From positions 11,924,266-11,988,265 of the forward strand of contig NC_068984.1 in the NCBI RefSeq assembly GCF_001194135.2: DNA of 64,000 nt. The letters are read 5' to 3'. Shown piece by piece: positions 50,339 to 63,149 of this stretch. A program made the position numbers and the translations under genes. The notes under the pieces are model-generated. The model made no database searches and had not been told where the DNA came from. It saw nothing but the letters and a program-made list of their open reading frames with translations. The stretch comes from Octopus bimaculoides. Taxonomy: Eukaryota. Within the stretch, counting starts at the first letter, position 1; each line of letters starts with the position of its first letter.

Positions 50339-52503
50339 TTCTAAGTGGTCATAATAGATCTTGGACTAAACTGATCATGTCTCTCTTCATGTCATGTGAA
50401 CAAATACCTAGATCCATGTTGGAGTAAGCTCAATGACAATTTGGAAAGAGCTGACCTGAAAATCAATGTAGATAAAACCAAAATCTAGCTAGCTGGCTTT
50501 ACAAGTAAACAATATGCATTGTTATAGACAACAAAATACAACTGAAAGATTATCCAGTCAAAGAATAAAACTGTGAAGTTAATGTGCAACTCTCATATAA
50601 CGGATACTTAGCCTGTGGCCCTGAAGAGTAATCAAGTTGGTAGCAAGGAGATCTACCATCCCTTGTTACACAGGTGGCATGACAGAATGAATGAGAGAGT
50701 GGTAGGCAGATGAGAGGGTATCAAAGAAGAAGAGTGAACAGTAAATCAATAGGCGTGACGACTAGGTATCTCCATCACTGTCACCATTTTACTATTTGAT
50801 TGTCAGTAACAATTGCAAGCCTTTGTCATCTCCTTGAGATTAGTCTTTGCCTCTTCATCTCATGTCTGTCTAGGTCCCCCCACTTCTAACCATTTTGAGT
50901 ACTCGTCATATATCCAGTTTTCCTCTCAACTCATTTTTACTGTCATTCATAAACACTAGCATTACACCCAGCAAATCAACTCCTTTCATCTCTTTCTAGG
51001 CTTCAAAAGTCCTCTGCATTCAAGGCCCACATCCAATAACTATAGAGATGACACTCCATACATAAGCATCTACTCTTCACTCCTTTTCAAAAAGGAAGCA
51101 ACCAAAATTGCTACTCAGCAAATGACAAGGGTCGAAAGCTGAATGGTTGCCTCTAGAAGGAGCACCACCACGCTCCAGTATCCCACAAAGATGTACAGAT
51201 CAATATAACCAATCCTTTCATTCAAACAAGTTATAGGAAAAAGCATGTTTCAAAAATAGCCTGTTTATTTCTTAAATGAATGAGTTAACTGACTCTTTTA
51301 ATTTGTAACATCTGTATGAAATTGCAAATTTTACCATACTATTATAAAAATGGTTAAATACATTTGTATAGTAATTTGGGAAATTTAGAAGTTGTGCCTT
51401 ATGTGAAGCATTCAATCTATTGTGCACAGGAAGACAGTCACAAGAGAAAATAGAGGGAATCAGTAAATGTCTTCCTCTTCAATTATTACATACACACAAC
51501 TCATCATCATTTAACGTCCATGTTCCATGCTAGCATGGGTGAGATGGTAGCACAATATCTGGCCAGGTTGAAGCCTGCACTAGACTTCTGTGACTGTTTT
51601 GGCAGGATTTTTACAGCTGGATGCCCTTCTTAACACCAACCACTCTGCAGAGTGGACTTAATGCTTTTTATGTGGCACAAGCACACAAATTTCAAAATCA
51701 AAATGTCTATCTTTTCAGCAAACAGTCACATGGTGGGAGAGTTTTGCACTTCTGGGTAAACCAAAACAGATGTTGAGCTGACAGTATACAGGAGAAAATG
51801 CTTGCAATTGATGTTGCACCATTGTTCCTAACTTAGACCATAATCATTAAACGTCTATTATATAGAAATGCAAGTGTATGGATCTCATCTAGTAGTACAG
51901 ACGAGATTTTTTTACATGAAATATTAATAAAACATGATATATCTACAGTTTGTATTATTAAACTAGTTTTGAATCATGGAAAGTCAGTAGTAAAGAAGAA
52001 TTCAAGTGAATTTCATCTCATATACCATGTTGGCACCTAGGAAGTAGAAATTGTTTTCTTTTAAAAAGGCAAATTTAACATTCAAACAATCAACTGTATG
52101 TTTTAAAAATGCCCCCAAGGTCAGACAAATATTGCCAAAAACAAAAATACTCGAAATAAAAATAAAAAAAACTTTAAAGAGTGAAACCTAAGGAGAAAGA
52201 ACTCAACTTTGTTTACAATAATGAAGAAAGATTTTATAAATCAATTTTGAAATCATAATCTGCACCAAATGTACCATATTTGAGAATACAAAGTACATTC
52301 TTTACTTGCTTAAGTAGTTTGCTCAGATATCCAGGTAGGAATAAATACTTTCAAGATACCTATTTTATATTCTTGATCCAACCTAACATACTCTATTTAC
52401 AAAACTTCTCAGATTTCACTTTCCATATGTTTAAGAAATAGCTTTAGGTAAACTCTTTTCCATTATTGACTGCAGGCAAACGAGCAACAATTTTGGTACT
52501 TAA

Positions 52504-52793
52504 CCCTAAAACGGGAGATATCATCAACTGATGTTCCAATGGAGAATAGCAGACACCATCAATTGATGTTTTGAAAATTTGACATGGATACAGCCATCCT
52601 CAAAAGACAGTGATACTTTATAGCACTTTCCAATAATGAGATTGTAAATTTTTAATTGCGCAAGAGACTAACAATTGTTATAGTTTTGTACTTATTTAAA
52701 GTGAAAATAACTATAAAAACTAATCTTAAGGAACAGAGATATAGTTTTGTTTTCTCCCCATTCATGCAACAACCCTTTCCAACCATTTAAGGG
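52504..52793. mobile_element. piggyBac-type MITE with intact TTAA TSDs
   Basis: TTAA|CCCTAAAACGG ... CCATTTAAGGG|TTAA. Internal near-palindromic repeats CATCAACTGATG and CATCAATTGATG. Confidence 0.7.
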
Positions 52794-53459
52794 TTAATTA
52801 TAGAACTTTTTCTAACAGTTTGGTTGCATAAAACTATACAAAGCTTACACTTTGATAAATCAGACCAATTATAAATCTGTGAAACTTGGAAAGACAAAAT
52901 TACATACATACATATTAAAAAATTAATAATTACAAATAGATACTGAAAGAGCCTTAAATATTTAATTTATGAACTATTTTCATAAATTTCTAACACATTC
53001 AGCAGCTGCTGGAAGTATCTATGAGCTAGTCCTACCTACTCTTTTTTTTAATATAGAGTTTTTTTAGCATTGCTAGCAATTCTGGATTGGAAAACAGCCT
53101 TTAAAATCACTTGCATCATTTGTATTTTCATAACTAAGTATCTATGTAAACATTTATTCCAAGTATTATGTTTTAATCAAAGAAATACTGCAGTTTCAAT
53201 GTTTATACTTGACAACTTGTGAGTATTGCAAAGTCTATTCTGGATTGCTAATGAGTGGAGTAAATATAGGTGGATCATTGTGAATAAACAGTAATTATGT
53301 TACAAAAGCAAGAGTACATTTTGTTTTGAAATTTGAGGGATGTGGCTTCTAAAACTGTTATATTCTCTGTATATATTTAAAGAAAATATTTGAATGAAGA
53401 TTGTTAACTGCTCACTACCACTATTGTAATTAAGAGATACTTAAATATCTATTGGGCCT

Positions 53460-53840
53460 CACAGAGGCAATGTGGCTGATGCCAGTGTTGCATAATTAGC
53501 ACCTGTGCCAGTGGCACTTAAAAAGCACCTTTTGAATGTTGGGCCTTGTGGAGGCAATGACAAATGACTGAGACCTTTGAAAATATGCCGTGCTTGAGTA
53601 GAAGATCCATCAAGCCAACGTGACAGATACTGGTGTCATGCAAATGGCAACTGTGCTGGTGGCATGTAAAAGTATCCATTACACTCTCAGAGTGGCTGGC
53701 ATTAGGACGGGCAAACAGCCATAGAAACCATGCCAAATCAGACTGGGATCTGGTACAGTACCTCAGCTTGCCAGCCCTAGTCAAACCATCCAACCCATGC
53801 CAGCATGGACAACAAATGTTAAATGATGACGATGATAGTG
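53460..53840 (+). mobile_element. RTE-tail / CATCAT-tailed repeat
   Basis: ...TGGCATTAGGACGGGCAAACAGCCATAGAAACC...CCATCCAACCCATGCCAGCATGGACAACAAATGTTAAATGATGACGATGAT. Confidence 0.75.
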
Positions 53841-54599
53841 TATAAAAGAATAATAACCTATTTAAGAACACATCTCGCTGATCACATACATTGAGAGAGG
53901 TTTCCTTTCTTTCTTACCTAATTACTTTTCTAACATCACCTGAGCTCTATCTATATTTCTATGCATAAGTCAAAGTTACCATCTTGTTCTCCACACATAT
54001 TTGCATAAGCTGCTCCATATAAAAGCCCCATTATTTTTTTTACAAGTATTACATTAGTAATAAAATAATATAACAGACTCTAAGGGTAACAAGTGATAGA
54101 CTATTGTCAATTACCAAAGCCAGTTTAAATTTCACACAAGCATAGACGGAATGAATTATTTAACACCTTTTCAATATCTTAAAAAAACACAAAAAAAACC
54201 TAAGGCCTACTTGTTGCTAACATCTAATTACCTCACTTAAGATATCCCTTGTTTTAACAGTCTTTCCATCAACACACCACCAGCTTATAGAATCTTATCC
54301 ATCACATGTATCATTCATTTTTATCATGTCTAAAGCAAGGCACACATCTTTGTTGAATACACCACCCATTTCTCTCATGTACAATTGTTTATGATTGTCT
54401 ACAGATGATTAAAAAATACTTACATTACTATATGCAATATTGATAACTAATTTAATTTTCATTTTAGGCTTATATATTAAATGTTAATTACCTCTACATA
54501 TGAAGAGAAAAGGGGGAAAATATGGAAATTTTGATAACTGATGACAACCTCATTATCACAATTGGGGTCAGTAATGTCATGGTGGCTACTCCCAACTTA

Positions 54600-55850
54600 A
54601 ATGTTATGAATATGTTACAAGGAAGAAAGAGGGATCATGACCTTTGAAGTTCTCTAACACAAATGACCTGCTTGTATCACTAACCTCAGATATCCAGTCG
54701 CCTACCAAGAAGGTAAAAACACAATCCAGCAGACTATACTCACCAGAAAGTGGGATAGACAACTGGTTGTGAACATTAGAGTGATCAGTGACCTCAGAAT
54801 AAGGGCTGGTAAACTCAGAGACAGAAGACAATCTGGAAAACAAAGGCGTGGAAGCTAAAAGAACTTTTGGCAAGTTGTTGGTTCAAAGAAGTATTACATG
54901 GCATGTATGGTGAGGAGGAAGAGATTAGAGACTTATAAGATGGAGGATAATCTGGTGCAGATCTGTAAGTTGAGCAAGGTTCTAGCTAGACTTAAAATGA
55001 CATGATGGTAGAATAGTACAGTAAACAGAACTATAATACAGTAAAGAGAACTACAAAAGAGACAGGTCTGGAAAGATGGGAAGAAAAAGAGGAACAAGAA
55101 ACAATATCAGCAAACTAGAAAATGAAAATAAAAAGTTTGTCAAAGTTCTGCATGAGAAAACCAGAGGCATGAAGTGTTCCAAATTGCAAAGCTGTGTGTC
55201 AGTGTGAATCAATACAAGATTGGAGGGAAATGTATACAGAATGATAGCAATGCACTTGCCCTTAATAATAATAGAGAGAAGTAAGAGTCATAGGAATGTG
55301 ACTGAGAGAGGTTGCTGAATGAGGAGAATGCATGGGAGAGTGAGGAACTACAACAAGTAGGCCAGCTATTATAGTTGAAAGCTATACAGATGAAAGTGCA
55401 ACTCTGAACCATCAGATATAATTGTTGATATACTGAAAATATCTAGCAAATTTATATGTTCACTAGTTTCTTGTTTAGTCAAACAGGTAGTACAAGGAAG
55501 TGTTATATCCAATGACTACTGTCGGAGTATAATCACCAAATGCTACAAAGAGATTCTAGAAAAAAACAATTATAGAAGCACCAAATTTGATAAACTAAGC
55601 CATGAAATTAACAGAAAGAGATACATAGCACAACTGATTAGGAAGAGAATAAGCTTAGATGAGATGCAGTTCAGGATAGATATCACTAATGCCTTCTAAT
55701 AGACAACTGTTGAAATTCTTAGCTAATGCAAACCACTATAGCTAACATGCATTAGCCTGGAAAAGGCCTTTGACACAGTACCATGCCATGTCTAGTGTAA
55801 TGGTCTTTGAAAAAAATGAGAGGTGGTGAACTGGTAGAGTCATTAAAGTG
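54600..55850 (+). mobile_element. RTE-clade LINE relic (endonuclease to RT)
   Basis: RISLDEMQF and LEKAFDTVP-like RT motifs at ~55640-55790, with decayed APE-region sequence upstream. Confidence 0.75.
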
Positions 55851-57788
55851 TCAGACAAGAATGTTTTGCAGTATTTGTTTCCACTCTCTGCACTCTGGTC
55901 AAATCATGCCATGGTCAACTTTGCATTTCATCCTTTGGGGATTGATAAAATGTACCAAACCAAGGTGGTGAATTGGCAAAGTTGTAAGAATGTCAGACTG
56001 GATGCCTTGCAATATTTGTTCTGGCTCCTTGCATTCTGAGTTCAAATCCTGCCATGACTTACTTGGATAGTAGATTTGCTCCCACCTGGTTTCTTGGGAC
56101 CTTTTGGCAGAGATCACTTGGTTGCAAACATTCAAGCAAAGTTTCTAGTCTGAAAATACCTTCCTTCCACCAATCTCAGTGGTCCTGTAACAGGTCCCAA
56201 CACGAGAAAAATGAGTAAAATGAGAGATAGCAATGAGTTTAAAGAGGGATTTAGTAACCAAATAGGCAACTATCAGAAATTCAGTTTTCAGACCCCTTCT
56301 ATTCATTATTGTTCTGTGGGTGATAAGAGAGGCAGTCTGTAGGAACTTCTGTAAGCTGATGAGCTGATTTTTACAGCTTGACCTGTTGAAGAGAATAAAT
56401 TTCATATGTAGAAGCAAAACCTAGAGCAAGTCATAACGTAAACTTGACAAAGAAAAAAAGGTTTAGTTTACAAGAAAGAAGACATCAAGACTGAATTGCT
56501 ATCTAGGAAGAGGCCATGTTCAATAGACATATATAAAAAAAAAAGGATCAAGGCAGGAATTCCATAAAGCATACTTAATGTTTATAAGATGCGGTGGCAT
56601 CAGCAGCAAATGCACAGTAGTAGTTTGCAGTAAGAGCACCCATGAAATAAATCCTTTCAAATGCTAGGAAGGCTCCCTAGAGGTAGTTATAGCTGATAGC
56701 TTCTGTTACTTACGTGATCAAATTAACAGTGGAAGACGTTCTGGAAGCATAATAGCTGAAGTAAGTAGAAAGTGGAGAAAACTGGCAACAAAATGATTTT
56801 CTCTCTGAGTGAAGGGCACATTGTATAATACTTGTGTACCAAGTACAATGTACCACTGAAGAGGAATCGGATGCAGTGTATGTGACAGAGAAGAGTGCAC
56901 TGGTACAGACATGTGAGACATATGGAGGATGACTGCTGGTCTGGAGTGCGAACCAATCTAAGTGGAAGATCTCTGTAGAAGATAAAAACCAAGGAAACTT
57001 AGGAAGAAGTGGTGAAGAAAGCTGATCTGAAGAGGTTGAACATACAAGATGACAAACAACTGTAACAAATGAAAGGACACTGTCCTAGAGAAAAGAGTTC
57101 TAACCCATAATATCATGGAAAAGCAGACATAAGGTGTTGACAATTATCAAGGAACCCACCACTTTAAAAGAATAAAATTATGATGATAAATAGATACAGA
57201 GGTAGCATATGACCAACTTTAAATCTTAGAAGCACAAACTTGTTGCTTTAGTTGTTTTGCAGTAAACTATAAACTATATATATGTTCATTACATGGTTGT
57301 TTCTGATTTACTATGCATAAATATAGTAAAACATAAAATTACTGGTTGATGATAAAGGTATTGATAAAAAGAAATGAATGGTATTCATTCAACATCTGTT
57401 TTTCCATGCTAGCATAATGTAAATAGGAAGAAATTAAGGCAAGATGTTTTACAGCCAGATGTACTTCCTGTTACCAGCCTTTATCTGTTTTTCAAGTAAG
57501 GGATATTTATTCTAAGGAATTTGAAAGTGCAGATCTTGTGGATGATCTGTTAACAGGAAACATCAACAAACATCACCAGTTGCAGTCCAACCACAAGGAG
57601 TGACTCTTCCTCTGAAGTCATAGTTTATGCAGACACACAGACACATGCGAACTTAATTGCTCACAAGGCATTTGTTGGACTAAGGCTATAGTAGAAGAGA
57701 CTTACCTAAGGTGCTGTGCAGTGGGACTGAACTCAGAACAACACAGTTGAGAAATGAACATCTTAGCCACATAGCCATGCTTGTGTGC

Positions 57789-57834
<46 letters not shown>

Positions 57835-57951
57835 TGGCCTTCTACAATGCACCACTCAGTCAGTCCAAGGGAAGATTAGAAAACATTTGCCCAACCATTT
57901 TACCATTTTATAAAACAATTTTAAACAATTGCTTTAATCTGATTAGAAGTA

Positions 57952-58828
57952 TTGTGTTAAGTCAAAAGTTTTACATTTTTGGTAGCTTATTTGCTTTAAT
58001 TCATCAAGTCGCAACAAAAGCAGCCTAGCATTCAAAGTGGAGGCCATTGTGTTGCACCATCTGAAGCTACCTTTCCACCAGTTCTTTGATCCCCATGCTG
58101 ATACCTGTTCTTGTCCTTTGAGACTCCACTGAAGCTTCCACCTTCTCGTGTTTGATGAAGTGTCATGAGCACAGAAGTGAGTCATAGATCAGAACAAGTA
58201 ATAATCTGAGGGAGTTAGGTCCAGGCTGTATACTGGGTGTGGCATCAGTTTCCTTCCCTCAAGTTCCTGGAGTTTATTCTGGGTAGTTCAAGTGGTATGT
58301 CTTGCACTGTTTTGCTACAGAAGAGCTTGCTTTCTGTTAACCAATGCCAGCTATTTTTGCCACACAATGTCATACATCCACCCCAGCTGTCCAGAGTACA
58401 AGTTGCCATCAATGGTTTGACTGCCCAAAACAAACTTATAGTGAATTATCCCCTCATAATTTCACCAGACACAGAGCATTAGCTGATCAAAACGCCCATA
58501 CTTGGCAACAGGTTCCAGAAGCTGTCTCTTGCCACTGCTTACGCATGTAAGGATTATGGAAAAATATCTTCCTCAGATTACTTGTTCCAATCCACGACTC
58601 ACTTCCTGTGCTCGCAATTCAAAAGGAGATCGGAGCTTCAATGAAAGGGTTCTTCATCTGAAGTACAAGAACTGGTATCAGCATGGGGATCAAAGGACCG
58701 GCAGAAAGTTGGCTTCAGACGGTGCAACAAGATGACCTCCACTTTGAATGCTAGGCTACTTTTGTTGCGATTTGATGAATAAAGGAAATAAGTTACCAAA
58801 ATATTGCAAAACTTTCAAATCAACACAA
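57952..58828. mobile_element. Mariner derivative made of two inverted 3' ends
   Basis: TA|TTGTGTTAAGTCAAAAGTTT ... AAACTTTCAAATCAACACAA|TA. A minus-strand transposase C-half (MLCVW.NYEGIIHY, HPVYSLDLTPSDYYLF) is followed by a plus-strand copy of the last ~260 bp. Confidence 0.85.
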
Positions 58829-59212
58829 TATTTTACAAGTATTTCCATACTAACAAATAAAAAGAATGAGATCCATTACTTTTTTGAGTGGTAATTATTT
58901 TCCAGCCATATGGAGTGACTTAAGTAGTAAATGTTCGTGGATTCTTTAAAGATTTTAAATTCACATTCCTGAATAAGCTCACATACCCAACATTTTCAAG
59001 AGCTAATATTCAATGTCCATTTTCCTAATGAAATGAATTAGCATATTCTGAAGTTAACACAATAAATTCTTAAATGACTATAACAGGTAAAAACTGTGAC
59101 CCTTACTTGTATATTGTTCAAGAGTGCCACTATATGCCCACAAATAGCCTGCTTGAAAGATCAGTCAAATCTCTCTCAAATTACTTTGCACAAAGAAAAA
59201 AAGATGAAGTGG

Positions 59213-59254
59213 TCACAGCTGGAATACCTTTGATCAAAGGTATTCCAGCTGTGA
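59213..59254. repeat. Perfect 42-bp palindrome with no spacer
   Basis: TCACAGCTGGAATACCTTTGA|TCAAAGGTATTCCAGCTGTGA. Confidence 0.97.
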
Positions 59255-59689
59255 ATACTATTTAATCATATTCTGCATAGATTGCTCTAGACTAGACTAG
59301 AAAACTTCAACTGCTGAATTCTCTAGATCCACTGAACCTAAGGACCCATGTCCTAAAGACAAAATAGTTTTGAAAATTAACAATCTGAGTTACAATTTTT
59401 TAATATTTTTCTTTTAATAAAGGAATAACATTATCAAAGGAAAAAGTTTTAGATATGTACATAATTCATAAAACAAATAAGAGTAGAATTAAGTTTTGTT
59501 ATGAATTTATTTTACTTCTAATTACTATCATCTGTTAATGATGGATGGGTAGCTAAGGTTTGCATACACTTAATCCACCGCTCAGTTTAACCTAGCCCTT
59601 CAGTGCCTTTAGCCTACACTAGGTTTCCAATCTGAGAATAACTTCCTCACTAGCTTCCACAAGTCATAGAGGCTCTGCAACTGCCCCTA

Positions 59690-60137
59690 AACTGCCCATC
59701 CTCACCTATAGTCATGAATGTTGGATAATGAGCCAAAAGAATATGGTCATGAATACAAGAGGCCAAAATGGAGTTCCTCTGAAGGATCTCTGGAGTAACA
59801 TTACTCGACAAGATGCACAGCTCGGATATCAAGGAGTCTCTCCAAGTTGAGCTGCTGCTTCTCCACATTAAGAATCCACAGCTCCAGTACTACAGACGTA
59901 ATTAAAATGTCATAAGAAAGAATTGAAAAACAGATTATTCAAGTCAATAGGCAGGAGACCTAGGAGTAGACTAAGAATGAGATGGCTAGATGATATCTAT
60001 AATCTCAGTTGGTCATGCTTAGGAATCCAGCTGGAAAGTATAAAGAAGGTTACTTCTGATAAGACCTTAATAAAGGAAGTACTTGAGGACTACCCCCATG
60101 ACCTTCCAAGGAATAAGGCAGAGAAAATGAATGGATA
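59690..60137 (+). mobile_element. RTE-clade LINE 3' end, Rex3/Expander-like
   Basis: LPILTYSHECWIM, IQEAKMEFL.RISGVTLLDKMHSSDIKESLQVELLLLHI, GRRPRSRLRMRWLDDI, ending in AATGAATGGAT. Confidence 0.8.
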
Positions 60138-60431
60138 ATTGGCATTATGACATCTGTACACACCAAACAAAATGCTTGAATTTACAGTTATGTTACCCTC
60201 ATTTAAAATTACTTTTGTTTTTCCTGAAATCAATATACTTGTGATCAATAATAATTTGTATATGACATTGAAGTAGTAATGAATCAAGTGCAACTGATTA
60301 GACAAATTCAGCTTATTGATGAACCATATGAATATATTTTATCAAAACTTGTTCAGATAATTGACAGAAGTTTACTAATGTCAGAAATGAAAAAAAGATT
60401 TTAAAAAAAATAAATATTTGATTGAGATTTA

Positions 60432-62553
60432 TTAGGTTTTATCATTTAAATTTCTGATATCAAATCTTTCATATGCTGACTGCAGTATTTTTCTAGCACA
60501 TTCCATTTCAGCATCATCTTTCTGAAATAAATAATTCAAAAGAGAAATAACTGGTGTAAGCTTACTGAAGCTCACTTGAAAAGGAAGGGGGAGGACAGAA
60601 ATAATGTTTTGTATTAAAATGACCTTCATAGTTCCATTCCACTATGTCTATAGATTAGATCTCTTGAGGAAAAGGCATATAGGACATAATTAGCAACTGC
60701 AAAGGAAATATAAAACAAACTGAGTGGGAACTGATCTCAGACCTTTAAGATTACAACTAAATGATTTGCCAACAATGTAATGGACTTGTACCCGTTGTTA
60801 TATACTTCAGCCATTTCATAATAATTTTGTTCAACATTTACATCATCTGACTGCTACTGCCTAACCTGTTAAATCTTGAATGTCATCTGTTATAAGCACT
60901 TCGAGGCATATATTCAATGCACTACCAACAACATCCATTCATACCATCATCAAAACATTGTGCTTTGTTTTATTTCACCACAAAAACATGTAATTTAGAA
61001 AATTACATCTTTAAATAGATTGGTTTCCAAGTATCAATATGGTATAGTTTTCTTTTTTTATTACATTTCAAAATATTAATAATATAATATAAATAGCTTT
61101 AAAAATAAAACAAAGTAATTCTTTGTTGGCTTTGTGTCTTATAATAATTGTACAATATTCGTTTCCTTTGATTAGTTAACAAGGGTAATGTTTGTATAGG
61201 ACAGGTATAGTTGACTGAATCAAACTAGAACCTCCAGTAGAATGAAAGCCAAATTTAACCCCCCAGTAGGATTTGTACTCACAGTAGCCTGATATTAAAC
61301 CAGGGACAATAAACCTCATGTCACATTACAATCTTTACATGTAAGTCTAAATATTTCTATTATATATGCAGAAGTATTTCCATTCATTAAAGGTTATGTT
61401 ATACAATCTTTTTATCCAGATAAATGTTGGAAAGGTTTGTTTTTAATTCCTTTCAAAGCATGATTGTTTAATTAGTAAAAGGTTTTACTTTGAAATTACT
61501 ATTTGAATTTTTCCAACTACACAGAAAATCAGGTTGCTCTAGTGCAGTGGCCCTTAACCACTAAGAGCATTGGGAGCTCATAAGGGAGAGGCAAAGGGGG
61601 TACAATGAGGAGCACTGATTCTTCTTAGAAATAAAATAATCCAACTAGGTACAATATTTATATTTTAGACTCATTCTCAAAAAATCTGTCAGTAGAAATA
61701 TGATTGACTTATGATGTGCCAAGAACCAATATAATTTCATTACATTAGATGCATGCATGGTTGTATGATTAAGAAGTTTGCTTTACAACCATGTGGTTTT
61801 GACCCCACTGTAGATCAAGTGTTTTCTCTCATTAACCCCAGACCAACCAAAACCATATGAGTGAATTTAATAGATGGAAATTGAAAGAATTCCTCTTTTA
61901 AAAAAAATTTAAGGAAAATATGCTGCTAGAAGAGACATGGGTGTGAATAAGAAGTTTACTTCCTATCCACATGGTTTTGTGTTCAGTTTTGCAAGTGGAT
62001 TTGGTAGATGGAAACTGTGTGTGTGTGTGTGTGTGTGTTTACAAGTTACTATGAAAGTTTGGGTGCACTGGTGGTATTGTTATTGTCGGCAAATCATCTG
62101 CTCGTTTCATGCCTTTCAAGTCATATGGAATAAGAGATCCCTTAAAAAAAATTAAGGGTTAGCAAAAGGAAGGGCATCCAGCAATAAAGCAACACTCCAA
62201 TAACATTCACCTAACCCATGCCAGCATGGAAAAACATGTAAACATGAGCATAAAAATGATATGGTGACTGTAAATGAAGTACTGCTTATAAAAAATAGAG
62301 ACTAATTTGTAATCTCCTATGTAAACAGGTCCAGTCATTGATGTTTGTTTGAAAGACTACAGAAAATATTAACTTGCTTGAAGACAGTTGAGTATTGGCA
62401 ACAGGAAGAGCATCAGACCATGGAAAATTTATCTCAATGAATTTCACATGGCCCATGCAAGTATGGAAAAGTAGATGTTAAAACAATGATCATCGTGATA
62501 GTTCTTACCTTCCTAAGTAATTCCCATAAAAATTTAATATAGGAGACACTAGT
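60432..62553 (-). CDS. Candidate last two exons (62509-62553, 60432-60521) of an unidentified gene
   Basis: Donor AAG|GTAAGA at 62508 and strong acceptor TTATTTATTTCAG at 60522. The joined frame TSVSYIKFLWELLRK-KDDAEMECARKILQSAYERFDIRNLNDKT* has GNN-rich, A/T-ending codons, and AATAAA overlaps the stop. The upstream acceptor is ambiguous (62553, 62582, 62602 or 62742). Confidence 0.4.
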
Positions 62554-63149
62554 CTACGCAAATATTTTAAAAGACACACATCCTTGATGAAACAATAAAC
62601 CACTGCGCAAAATTAACTCTATTTAATTAACCAGCAGGATTTTTTTCTTTTTTAACAAAACACGAGGAAGGGGACATTTGTAGAACACTATTGCTGCTGG
62701 GGCTAAGCTACAAATGAACTGCTGTTCTAATGAGATTTATCTAAAGAAAATTAAAATTTTAATTAAATCTATAATCACTGTCTTCTGTTTGAAGATTAAC
62801 ACTTTAATACAGCTTTATAGTGAAGATCACTTTGCGAAAGTATGACTTATTGACGTTTTCTTAAATTTGTATTTTAGTTCTCAATCAAAAAATGTTCAGG
62901 TTTCATACTCCTTCCATTGAAGGATCATGTGCCAGAGAGCATTCATTTCTCCCAAACCAAGTTAACATATTTTTAACAACTATGTTGTGTTCCTAATGTT
63001 TTCTTATAGAGTTAACTACACATTCAGCTAAATTTTGTTCAGTCAAAATTTAAGACATATCTTTGCATTATCACTGCACATTGCAAGGTCAGCAGAAATG
63101 CATGATTCTTGTATTAGATGGCATGGCAACATGTGTTTCATAGTTTGTA

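Noticed and set aside
56145-56417. 90-aa minus ORF with splice-like sites
   Set aside because: It is sandwiched between SINE and LINE relics, has no recognisable motif, and the frame is ambiguous.
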